Assembly (NCBI GenBank): GCA_965215125.1
Contig: OZ244052.1
Coordinates: 192,001-256,000, forward strand
Source: an uncultured candidatus Porisulfidus sp.
GTDB lineage: Bacteria > Pseudomonadota > Gammaproteobacteria > Poriferisulfidales > Oxydemutatoraceae
Length of the DNA: 64,000 nucleotides
Direction: 5' to 3'
Shown here: positions 15,001-20,210 of the stretch, one piece after another
How positions within the stretch are numbered: the first letter of the stretch is position 1
Layout of the letters: each line of letters begins with the position of its first letter
Translations under genes and position numbers: made by a program
Notes under the pieces: generated by a model
What the model was told of the DNA's origin: nothing
Seen by the model: only the letters and a program-made list of their open reading frames with translations
Databases searched by the model: none

Positions 15001-15096
15001 TTGAGAGTCGGGATCTTCTTGCGCAATCGCATATTGACAAAGCACCATCCCTCCCAACAACAAAGCCATACGTAAAAGCTTTTTGGATAGTTCCAC
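1..15096 (-). CDS. Giant secreted surface protein/adhesin (>5,032 aa, 3' end outside window) with GLUG-type repeat modules and cadherin-like beta-sandwich domains
   Basis: GTG start at 15096 with AGGAGG about 9 nt upstream and a Sec-type signal peptide (MELSKKLLRMALLLGGMVLCQYAIA-Q). The same frame reads GLUG-like text (SIINSYSTADVNGD) at positions 1-42. About 8 copies of a DxDxDGLIEI..L.AIRY.LDG.GY..GCP...C.GYEL module occur near 14930, 13810, 10290, 9180, 5320, 3880, 2120 and 670. Absence from the ORF track is consistent with no in-frame stop before the window edge. Confidence 0.85.
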   Translation of the reverse strand, partial: MELSKKLLRMALLLGGMVLCQYAIAQEDPDSQILCVINEEDSDADEDDLGGASDIDEDGDGLIEICTLEELNAIRYQLDGSGYRRGSDSQIKVTAGCPASGCIGYELTGDLDFLEDSSYRFVDNKAIWTSGEGWQSIGTTSEAFTGIFNGNGYTISNLRMDRRQSDRVALFGLARQAGIINVGLLNLEVYGRYIVGGLLGRSDRSTIINSYAIGRLVANNRIGLLVGWNDGGEIHNSYAMGEIEAVAAGGDAGGLTGMNSRDGRIVNCYTRSNVSGRDKVGGIVGVNSADITKSYATGISRVTPSVDIFQNLGGGIAGSNQGGTINMSHWNFESQFNFDSVQGTHSLDGAAVTKSLQTQVGQDSDSDSIFYTWSSDDWEFANIEHNYPQYPMLKYKTGSVAGLSVCSTTEMPRCGSMLPDQFDIDQDNDGLIELRYIEELNAMRYQLDGMGYRANSSATLVGKGCPVVNGIEKCRGYELAREMGFGGIDDNDTEIDYYYWNIENRHLWSPRERVGSGWPPIGLAGDGLDAVFEGNRYGLHDLWLDNRSAAGFFADISRNAEVNGVLFLFPRVVGGTEVGTLAASNSGSVSEIGLYFGFVEGDSLVGGLVGTNNGTIHNTFINDLDMRCGAGQWHGGLVGRNDKGAMLSYSYVHTFDRYFNRIFCSEGSRYIGGLVGGNTENSTVTHSFAQVLVTGGSSIGGLVGLNSEGSDIENSYALEDVEAISTLGASSGQVGGLVGVNTGRIANSYSIGKVSGRDAIGGLVGSTDENGSVIDSYWNTELSGLSQSAGGTGLPGEQLKKSTTATEIYTNWHHVDWDFGSDLQYPVIKSPVCVNEVDPDACMQLLGAQRLTLQALLLPPHNTLVPQLRPPRAIYDIVVPEGQREIEVTPFVDDPSRLYSMRIRNTDLDDRQTHRFRVFDEFRIDIQKSNFNFVSHRSRSVSLTFYINRMITKINYNNEELDEGGIISITEGDVLDSELEGELLLGRISTVFDRDAFEEISAGMHLSYLWSDLSGSDILSTVDTRQINLMVPQIPVAMIPENIELSDIKLRLNIRYRETSSNRTITLRVIKANNGSISLEAPFIEPDRYGIAVDLSEDPDGVSPNPRLEYQWQTRASDSEPWRDIENGTNSYYLFANAIQDNQYRVWVEYTDGQNYSQRLVSLPITYNDPNSEDIGLEKLELRADGDVVALTPSFTIESTATRYEAEVVNNIDTVALVVATRHNLTALSINGDHFLLNERTVDIGVEVGTNLIEIEARAPNGNTQTYTVAVKRRKSNNANLRDLAVIPGNLDFSRCDTDCTITVDNSINAASVTAEIADREASIAIDGVPAVLRDGVASTDVANLAVNIENIVTIVVTAADRETTKTYRLGIVRAVARSDNADLADLQISPPGNLPLMFSRDIDQYRIGVSTPTRILRVHAQASEGQGFVAINNRPLSVRAATADIMLADIEQETPITITVESPDRTTMKSYHLTVIRESDRAQRLENLELSLDYAYLQPRFEGELSDYILNAPLGIRQLQVTPTLASTESVTINILSSADSGFSINAQSGMQSDAIPLNLSAATIITIIVTTSLDRGEDSVIYRIDVRRDADGDGILDSGDIDADGDGLIEIYSLHGLNAIRHNLDGSGYMEDAEDVKNTTGCPRNGGCKGFELRSDLDFLDEADYLNQSDKTAWTTGAGWNPIGTGRQPFRAIFDGNGHTIFNLMIDRADSDYIALFGVTSASTIFNIGLLQIDINGRNNVGGLIGWNNGGVIANSFAIGRRTGNTRVGGLVGWNNGGDIINSYVMGEVRGVGENYRVGGLTGLNDDGATISDVYVRANVFGRRQIGGVIGANRAELNKCYFTGLSLVEPYTDFYNHVGKMLIGSNHDGISGNCHWNVEPQFILDSFNGSPRFVKELQTSQSNGGLEGTTYRTWRNEDWKFGSPEESYPRYPFLRYAPGSDTALPACSGSGRPSCESVLPHQLDVDEDGDGLIELRYVDELNVMRYQMDGAGYRASSTAVLLSAGCPLVDGIEKCRGYEMVRTLDIGEASDTVAQVGRYYWRLENRKLWPRVFFPEESAVLGWPPIGSADNKFNAVFDGNSQRLFGLWVYNRTSAGFFGEIGEDAKISHMVFNRPIIIGSIEAGALAANNAGHISRVAAFDAYIRGNSHLGGLVGRNSGTISNSFVDRPEIICDGGQWFGGLVGRNDGGIIDYSFAYIQNLSFINTTPSTVITCSGKSQYVGGLVGGNTRGSLIAHSHASIPITAYSLIGGLTGINVDNSVIRDSYAIGNIRATGPIGDIGGLVGFNISNIQNSYATGKVSGNHPRGGLIGFEINKALVEDSYWDTELSGISDENDSRGKNSAELKTPTTATGIYRDWLISDWNFGSDRHYPAIRNSECAVEADPGSCTKLLGYQRMGLQEIAVDENRLVLPRIRSNVGNYSIVVGGTERRVEVTPFVENPETLSYMSIERNVVDNGQPYTIIRDINLLRMYHRDTTFLPYQRIRLFYNLDVVNIVPSFATPYHQLDDSYTISEGASGERLIGGYDIWATFPGEATMEIEDSSEDISYEWIDLSGINLLQDTIKTNATLQLPTIPTNLVQGPTAQYSYLDLVLKLKYRNIIATNKIQLEIEKVQNGVIFVGAPVQEGENYVVKLDLSEDPDGVSPNPSIRYSWQIYLPNTDFSFPIAGATSSTYSLRNVSPNRRYGVWIGYTDGQGFRNFVGSRPVTYRGPGADDASLRRLSLKAGTRLIDLQRISTDEDEEIIRYRAGVKRGEDVITLIAEAAHVGAELSIDGDNFTTGVREMEFDLRTGTRSITITVRAVDGSEQSSIIEIHRLNNNANLEDLSITPGNLDFERCNTDCTVSFGNSVISVLLTARVADQNATITINGIPVDIINREANTEITDLGAGQTTTVSVVVTSEDKEISRRYLLKIIRAEAQSDNADLAYIKLSPPSNLPFEFQPRLSHYEVSMPVETTILGIDAQAGESEATIAIDGNPPTVNTATVNVALADAGELKTVVILVTSPDQTTTRSYTLAVTREAGSEAALAKLELYESESEINLVKGFDSEQGSYIVRISTGNVVVKAEAAHKNAVITGTCGTCTPDTFGEGIGSLSQAVNLDGNQYINDIKIKSTSGDGFSTKSYTLLVTGPNRGADIAFLSDLDLSLSDANLQPNFESSVFNYSLHTSLDISDISLIATLSSTASASINITSSADPDFSLAAESGIRSAAIPLDTLSNTTITITVSTAIVSTAISVVYQINVVQDSDGDGIPNGMDVDDDNDGLIEVHSLEDLDRMRFQLDGSGYVIRAGEPKDTTGCATGSGCIGYELTKNLDFLDDSSYRDAITRRANKIAWTTGGGWLPLGTGAQPYTGIFNGNGYTISNLFIYNTSGFPIGFFSRTSGAIIDYVGLLNVKITGAWDTGGLVGRASDASIISNSFVTGDIATANRSAGGLVGSLEAMTSEKSEIKNSYVVAEIVSDTGLVGGLVGNMNGTTSIDDSYAISNLIGDRELGGLVGRGHGDAQINNSYAIPIVQGNTMLGGLIGNSNGTLLGNSYWDSTISGIAGGRMAVSTEALQMPTTAGSTATEIYYQWSTDNWSFGDAEQYPAVKYNNDLCDISIPTKWVRCDFEGESLSGQHLSLVDLQIIEHIDGEAFDSLLFPEQLSLFRDDYTLTVYDRTTTVTLIPTLSKTHSTATIVIGNDAGYESAVASGGRVSGVPVDNGAKIVVALHVDEKPFVSHGILINYYTDLTAIDIDSDDDGYIDIRSPDGLSALRYQTDGTGFREAADRSKSTRGCPDDICIGYELANDVDLSTYANWQPIANFNTVFNGNGYTISNLSINRSEQNDVALFASISEDSKINYVNLASVNVRGWNQVAGLVANGRGKINNSSVSGRIVGNAYIGGIAGILYRTGGLINSYATIELMGNNRVGGLIGSTDAPINNSYAIGTVTQRNDSSNRLGGLVGYLNLVTITDSYAAVDVTGHQRSGGIVGDLPLTEFDRVVNSYAIGRVQGSQRGGIIPYFVTANNSYWNRTINPDIPTNNSSGIAKTTAELKTGTAGSSAGDIYLNWSDADWDFGSAAQYPGIKYAIGDEADPACRATTDTTVILPICGTLLPGQLHRPPGSYLTALTIAPVKNFSPRFDTLNSAYRATVSNSTETVVITMQAAGLDASIKLNVNEDQYTADRTLSENISLREGFNSIVIEITAPGETTRTYTVMLLREIIPTLIDIELPLSESHLEPNFRQDIFNYKIRSLFDNRHIQLMPVPEHPDWVMIRITSSADADFSIISSSGTRTYTIPVDPSFNTTITIITTADATVGNASLRYLINIDKDFDDDGIYDNSDIDYDNDGLIEIHNLEDLHAIRYRLDGSAYVAGPGGSPDTSGCAVASGCIGYELIDDLDFLDHTSYRDTQNPANKNAWTGGQGWPPIGDETQPFTAIFNGNGYTISNLYVNDITALPAGLFSKVAGATIDNIGLLNVNVSGLWNVGGIAGHATSSSRISNSFVTGEVEVVNEGVGGLVGFLESQELQISGITNSYVFVNVRGGSDQAGGLVGIMNNYSQLSNSYAIATVSANREVGGLVGKADSNVNINDSYAVATVAGRSLIDGLVGNSNGASIGNSYSDSTVSGITDSSSSGASAVSTEALRMPTAAGSTSTEVYYQWSNNDWDFGNDEQYPAIKYDNDLCSTAISEKWIRCDMRGQLIDGQHLNLVSLEIQESIDGVEADAALYPRLHPMLEHDYKLTVYPQTTTLTLIPLLSHSYSTPTIIIGSDADPNYKKNINSGELISDLPVDNDKQITIDLAIDGKSYIAYRISVNRYTGLTAVDIDQDDDGYIDIRSAGALDAVRYAPDGSGFKESSDKNKSTRGCPDDICIGYELLGDVDLSSYANWQPISDFTSAFKGNNYTIYNLRIDRRNQSRVGLFGTISGRSTKIDYVNLSNVNIHGQDRVAGLAGVSNGEITNSSVSGHISGRFRIGGIVGNTNSGSSIINSHADVNVRGTAGVGALVGIGNGLITNSYGDGTVVGTNNVGGLAGQFGNNSIINSYSTADVNGD

Positions 15097-15512
15097 CTCC
15101 AGAGCCCCCTCCTGTGAAAATGGTTAGATAATTATTATTGCCGTAATCCTGGTTTTTGTCAATATAATTTGCAATGCCGGATACATATTAGATAACGCAC
15201 GAACGACAAATCCGATGTACCGGGTATGTATAAATGCAAAAAATGAAAATGATATGTTTGTTTCACCTTCTAGGTAATTTATTATATGTTGCGACTTAAT
15301 TTACAAAAGCATTCAGGATTACCGCCAAACCTATACATTCCGAAAGAAAACCTGCTAGACATAAGACCAGAAGGTGATTTTTGTAAGACCACGATAACCG
15401 TACGTGACGCACCGGCACAATCAATACATTCATCCATCAAATTTATGGTTTACACATTCTGAAGGCGCAGGCATTTGCAGCATTGTGTAATGCATGCATT
15501 AGCCAACGCGCC

Positions 15513-15564
15513 GAGGTTCTGCGCACGGTCACGCCGATTGACCTGCCGGCTCAATCGGCGGTTC
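15513..15564 (+). repeat. Family A hairpin element (GCCGATTGA-loop-TCAATCGGCGGTTC)
   Basis: Near-identical copies at 20001, 32816, 43263, 44471, 46288 and 51507. Confidence 0.8.
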
Positions 15565-15591
15565 CGGGTTCAACCGCCTGGTGTGGGGCTA

Positions 15592-16209
15592 TTAGGGCTT
15601 GGTGTCGCGATGTTTCAGTATTTTATCCACGATGCCGTATGCGAGTGCTTCTTCTGCGTCCATAAAATTGTCGCGCTCGGTGTCGCGGCGGATTTTAGCT
15701 ATGGTTTGTTTAGTATGTTTGCTCAGTAGCTGATTTAGTTTCTCTCGTGTTTTGATGATTTCTTTGGCATGTATATCTATGTCGGTGGCTTGACCTTGAA
15801 AAGCCCCCATCGGCTGATGAATCATTACTTTGGAGTGAGGCAACAGATGACGTTTACCGCGAGTGCCGCCCGCCAATAGGACTGCCCCCATGCTTGCCGC
15901 TTGTCCGACGCATAATGTACTGATCTCGGAGCGTGTAAATTGCATCGTATCGTAGATTGCGAGACCTGCGGTCACCGAACCGCCCGGCGAGTTGATATAA
16001 AGAGAGATTTCCTTATCCGAGTTTTCCGATTCCAAAAATAGAATTTGGGCGATAATCAAGTTCGCTATATGGTCGTTGATAGCACCGACGACAAAAATTA
16101 CGCGCTCTTTGAGTAATCGCGAATAGATATCGTAGGATCGCTCACCGCGAGCGTTTTTTTCTATTACGATGGGTACTAAATTTAATGCGGTTTCTTCGTA
16201 TTCGTTCAT
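15592..16209 (-). CDS. clpP: ATP-dependent Clp protease proteolytic subunit
   Basis: [38 protein letters not shown] and ERDNFM motifs. Lies downstream of tig. Confidence 0.98.
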   Translation of the reverse strand: MNEYEETALNLVPIVIEKNARGERSYDIYSRLLKERVIFVVGAINDHIANLIIAQILFLESENSDKEISLYINSPGGSVTAGLAIYDTMQFTRSEISTLCVGQAASMGAVLLAGGTRGKRHLLPHSKVMIHQPMGAFQGQATDIDIHAKEIIKTREKLNQLLSKHTKQTIAKIRRDTERDNFMDAEEALAYGIVDKILKHRDTKP

Positions 16210-16220
16210 AAGCTAACTCC

Positions 16221-17516
16221 CTATTGTGTTTTTTTCATATCTATAAGTTCGTAAAACGAGTATTTTTTTTCGCTTAGATTGGTTTTTTCAATCACATACT
16301 CGATGACTTTATCTTCTAGTACCATCGCCTCCACTTTACGGTATGCATTCGCATCGCTACGGTAGTAGTTTTTTATGTGCTCGGGTTCTTTGTAGCCTTC
16401 GCCCAATTCCTCAATTTTAGCTTCGCACGCACTGCGATCGGCTTTCAAATTATTTTTTTGACTAATATAAATAAACAGAATATTCAAACAAACTTGCCGA
16501 TCGGCAGTTTCTTCAAATAGCTTATCGGGTATGTCCTTAGCGGCATATTTCGTATCACCCTTTGCAAAGGCCTCCTTCATTTTGTCGATTCGCTCCTTGA
16601 GCAGTACCGGAGGTGCTTTTATATTGCCGTGAGTCAGCATTGCATTTTCTACATTGGTACGGCGTAGTTGCGAGAGTTTTCTTTTCAATTCCCATTCCAT
16701 GCCCTCGCGCAACGAGCTACGCAAAGTATCCACTCCGCCCTCCTTAATGTTGCACGCTTTGAAAAAATCGTCGTCCAGTTCGGGTAAAATCGGTTTTTCA
16801 ACCAACTTTAAGCATACTTTACAACGCGTATCCGCTTTATCCGATGCCACGGTTTCTTGCTCGGTGTCTCCCTCAAAATCGATTTCTTTTTCTTCACCTG
16901 CGCGCATATTTTCAATCTGCTTATCGAAATGCTCGCCTATCGGATTCGAGCCTAAGACATAGCTTTCATCGTCATTCAATTCGCTAGCTTTCTCACCGGT
17001 TTCGATAGCACCTAAATTAATAGTCACCTTATCACCGACGCACGCCGGTCCGTCTTTGACTTGCCATTTAATATGATTCTTGCGCACCCGTTCCACCATA
17101 GCATCTATATCCTGTTCGGTAATTTCGCAAACCGGCTTTTCAATCGTTATACTTTCATAAGTATTTAACTGCAAATCGGGCATCACTTCTATATAAACCG
17201 TGTAGTTGATGCCTTTGTCCGTGTCTATCTCTATATCTTCAAAAGAAGGACCGCTTAAGATATGAAAATCGTGTTGTTTCATTACTTCTTTATAGTTCTC
17301 GTACATTAAGGCACCGGCAGCCTCGCTTCTTGTCTCGGATCCATAATAACGCTTGATTATTTCCAGCGGTGCTTTGCCCGGTCTAAAACCTTTGATCTTG
17401 GCGGTGGTAGAGAGTTTGCGGAGCTTTGCGTCGATCCGCTCGTTTAAATCCGCAGCCGGAATATCAATATACAGTTTGCGCCCGAAAGTATCTATTTCTT
17501 CTATTCTACAATTCAT
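16221..17516 (-). CDS. tig: Trigger factor
   Basis: GFRPGKAP ribosome-binding motif, 431 aa, tRNA-Leu-tig-clpP order. Confidence 0.95.
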   Translation of the reverse strand: MNCRIEEIDTFGRKLYIDIPAADLNERIDAKLRKLSTTAKIKGFRPGKAPLEIIKRYYGSETRSEAAGALMYENYKEVMKQHDFHILSGPSFEDIEIDTDKGINYTVYIEVMPDLQLNTYESITIEKPVCEITEQDIDAMVERVRKNHIKWQVKDGPACVGDKVTINLGAIETGEKASELNDDESYVLGSNPIGEHFDKQIENMRAGEEKEIDFEGDTEQETVASDKADTRCKVCLKLVEKPILPELDDDFFKACNIKEGGVDTLRSSLREGMEWELKRKLSQLRRTNVENAMLTHGNIKAPPVLLKERIDKMKEAFAKGDTKYAAKDIPDKLFEETADRQVCLNILFIYISQKNNLKADRSACEAKIEELGEGYKEPEHIKNYYRSDANAYRKVEAMVLEDKVIEYVIEKTNLSEKKYSFYELIDMKKTQ

Positions 17517-17558
17517 TAAACCGATATGTCTTGAACGATTATTATAGCCCTAAAACGA

Positions 17559-17641
17559 TGCGGAAGGAGAGACTCGAACTCTCAAGGGAATATCCCACTG
17601 GCACCTAAAGCCAGCGCGTCTACCAATTTCGCCACTTCCGC
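17559..17641 (-). tRNA. tRNA-Leu(TAG)
   Basis: Reverse complement GCGGAAGTGGCGAAATTGGTAGACGCG...CTGGC-TTTAGGT-GCCAG...GTTCGAGTC...TTCCGCA. Long variable arm. CCA not encoded. Confidence 0.93.
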
Positions 17642-17693
17642 ATCGCTTAAAAATAGCTTATTATAATTGATTATTCCGACGATAACCGATTCC

Positions 17694-18581
17694 ATGCGCT
17701 TATTTCTGCTTTTTCTATTTTCCGTATTGCTTGCAATCCTAGTCAGTAGCTTGGTCGCACAACCGCTCTATAAATTATTAGGTGTTGATGGTCTGATCGA
17801 TTTCGACAATTTTGGGAAACGGTTGGCAATGCTGGCAATTTTATTGACGATTGTCGCAATACTCAAGTTCAAAGGCATACTAGATTATAAGAATGTAGGC
17901 TGGTCGGTGAGTGAAAGCCAAACACGACGCGGATTATTATTCTACGGCTTCGTCATAGGTATACTGATGATGCTACCTGTCACTTGGCTGTTTCATCTAA
18001 GCGATCTTCGGGTTTTGAATCTATCACCGGACTTCGCATGGAATACATTTGCAATCAAGTTCGCATCGCTATTACTCGCCGCCTTTGCGGTTTCTTTAAT
18101 AGAGGAAACTTTTTTCAGAGGTATTTTGTTTGAGGGTTTTCTAAAAGACCAAGAGCCGCTATCCGCAGTACTATTGACTGCCTTGTTCTTTGCGGTGATA
18201 CACTTCGCACGCATCAAGGGAAGCGAATTGCCCGCCGACGCACCGTGGTATTACGGCTCGGTGATACTTTCCGACAGCATCGCAACGCATTGGCACGGCG
18301 ACTACGCCGCAACCGCACTCAGCCTTTTCTTAGCCGGCGTATTGCTGGGCATCGTGCGCTTAAAGACCGCAAGCGTATGGGCTTGCATAGGTATACACAG
18401 CGGATGGATATTGACTCTGAAGGTGGATAAAAAATTATCCTATTTCAACGAACAATCGGATTGGCATTTCTTGGTCGGACCGTACGATTCGTATAACGGT
18501 TGGGCAACCGCCGGCTGGTTGGCGATTATTTTTTTCGTCTACTTTGCTATGACTACTTATAGAAAAGCTAACGGTTCATAA
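17694..18581 (+). CDS. CPBP (CAAX/Abi) family intramembrane glutamic endopeptidase
   Basis: EETFFRG, FFAVIH and HSGW motifs in a multi-TM protein. ATG start chosen at 17694 (the track starts at 17667). Confidence 0.85.
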   Translation: MRLFLLFLFSVLLAILVSSLVAQPLYKLLGVDGLIDFDNFGKRLAMLAILLTIVAILKFKGILDYKNVGWSVSESQTRRGLLFYGFVIGILMMLPVTWLFHLSDLRVLNLSPDFAWNTFAIKFASLLLAAFAVSLIEETFFRGILFEGFLKDQEPLSAVLLTALFFAVIHFARIKGSELPADAPWYYGSVILSDSIATHWHGDYAATALSLFLAGVLLGIVRLKTASVWACIGIHSGWILTLKVDKKLSYFNEQSDWHFLVGPYDSYNGWATAGWLAIIFFVYFAMTTYRKANGS

Positions 18582-18873
18582 TATTGCTTTTATAGAAATA
18601 CCACCGCTTGCCCATCAGCTGTCTCACCGCTGCGTCGTTGCGATAGCGTCTGCGTAATAAGCGATACACAAAATAAGGGATATTATAAAAAACAAACGCT
18701 AGAAAAATCATAACCAAACCCACAATCACTTTATATTCATCCAGCAAAGGAATCTCCGCCCACCAAAAGGCAAGTCCTACCAGACATATAACGGCAGCCA
18801 GTGATAGTGTGAAACAACGGTTGTAGTAGTCGTGTTCGCGTTTGAGACGTTGCAATAATTTTATGGAATCCAC
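18568..18873 (-). CDS. Small hypothetical membrane protein (2 TM)
   Basis: 101-aa ORF with two hydrophobic segments, co-oriented with the upstream gene. Confidence 0.6.
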   Translation of the reverse strand: MDSIKLLQRLKREHDYYNRCFTLSLAAVICLVGLAFWWAEIPLLDEYKVIVGLVMIFLAFVFYNIPYFVYRLLRRRYRNDAAVRQLMGKRWYFYKSNIMNR

Positions 18874-18899
18874 CTTTGCTATATCCCTCGCTTTTATTG

Positions 18900-19376
18900 C
18901 TACCGCTTTTGCAAATAATCGGTTAACAATGCTTTGGTATACGCGTAAGCATAAGGCTGTTTGCTGGCACGAGGTCCGGCGATATTCAAAGTCTCGGGTT
19001 GAACACGGCGAGTAAAGCCGAGTATTTCGTCAACCGCCGACGAGAACTGCACGGCATTTGCATCTATCGTTAAAAATGGCTTGTTTTCTTGATTGCAAAA
19101 TTCAACCGTCAATTCGGTGCCACCTTCCAATTGATCAAAATAGATAACCACAGTCACATCGCTGTCCGACACATTGCGCATAGTACGCCGAATATAATCC
19201 CCTCCCGCAAGTTCTTCTAGAGGATAGTGCGAATCAATCACGCCGTCTTCGGCTAAGCGTCCTTCGGGACACCATCCCCCGCAAGGTATCCCCAACTCTA
19301 ATGCAACATCCAAAGCCGCCCTGTCCACACCCGTTTGTCCACCGGAAATAATGGTGATATCTCTTTTTATAGCCAT
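18900..19376 (-). CDS. Putative molybdenum carrier / SLOG-family protein
   Basis: IISGGQTGVDRAALD, GGWCP.GR.AEDG, RT..NV.DSD, GGT.LT and LNIAGPRAS motifs. Confidence 0.85.
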   Translation of the reverse strand: MAIKRDITIISGGQTGVDRAALDVALELGIPCGGWCPEGRLAEDGVIDSHYPLEELAGGDYIRRTMRNVSDSDVTVVIYFDQLEGGTELTVEFCNQENKPFLTIDANAVQFSSAVDEILGFTRRVQPETLNIAGPRASKQPYAYAYTKALLTDYLQKR

Positions 19377-19480
19377 GGTGTTTATTTTACAATACCCCCC
19401 AATAAGGGCAGACCATTCGCCTTTAGCAAGGGCATGTTAACCCTTCCCTAGAGCGGGGGAACAGGCAAAGGGGTGGCCCA

Positions 19481-19501
19481 TTCCCCTCCTGTGGAGGGGA
19501 A
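19481..19501. repeat. Family B palindrome (TTCCCCTCC-N3-GGAGGGGAA)
   Basis: Perfect inverted repeat. Related copies near 20057, 24519, 32790, 44417 and 51445. Confidence 0.7.
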
Positions 19502-19520
19502 TAGTTCTCCCGAAACCAAA

Positions 19521-19859
19521 AGGTGAGTTGGTCTATAAGCCGGGTTCTGTTTCGACAGCCATCCATCTGGGATATATGTCGCCATATACCTCTAGCGGTT
19601 TACCCGAGAGTCTGCGCGGGCAACGCTTAACGCTCTCCTATTCAACCTTGCTCCAAGTGGGGTTTACCCTGCCATCGATGTTACCATCGGTGCGGTGTGC
19701 TCTTACCACGCCTTTTCACCCTTACCTCCGAAACGAGGCGGTATCTTTTCTGTGGCACTTTCCATGGACTTGCGTCCTCCAGATGTTATCTGGCACTCTG
19801 CCCTGCGGAGCCCGGACTTTCCTCTATGTATTGCCCATAGCGACTGTCCGACCAACTCT
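19521..19859 (-). ncRNA. rnpB: RNase P RNA (type A)
   Basis: Reverse complement contains GAGGAAAGTCCGGGCTCC and ACAGAACCCGGCTTA. The ends GAGTTGGTC and GACCAACTC pair as helix P1. Confidence 0.95.
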
Positions 19860-20000
19860 ACACAAGCATAACATACTTGGGATTTTGTCGCTTGCTTCGG
19901 CACCATCTGGGTCATCATAATTCGGTGGGTAAACGCGTTAATCATGCAGATACGACACAACCACCCCATGGAAAGGCTTTACATTTTGTACTATGTATCA

Positions 20001-20085
20001 AGGTTCTGCACAATGTCGCGCCGTTTGTGCTACTGCAACAAACGGCGGTTCTGTTGCGCCTGCCACCCCTCCAAAGGAGGGGAAT
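20001..20085 (+). repeat. Variant family A hairpin followed by partial family B element
   Basis: AGGTTCTGCACAATGTCGC-GCCGTTTGT...ACAAACGGC-GGTTC, then GCCTGCCACCCCTCCAAAGGAGGGGAA. Confidence 0.7.
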
Positions 20086-20103
20086 GGATTGGTGTGAGCA
20101 CGG

Positions 20104-20175
20104 TGCCGAGGAGAGGACTTGAACCCCCAACCTTCGCATTACAAGTGCGCTGCACTACCATTGTGCTACCTCGGC
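20104..20175 (-). tRNA. tRNA-Thr(TGT)
   Basis: Reverse complement GCCGAGGTAGCACAATGGTAGTGCAG-CGCA-CTTGTAA-TGCG-...GGTTCAAGTCC...CCTCGGCA. Confidence 0.92.
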
Positions 20176-20210
20176 ATGGGTCGTTCACCGCAAACCCGTA
20201 TTTCAATATA

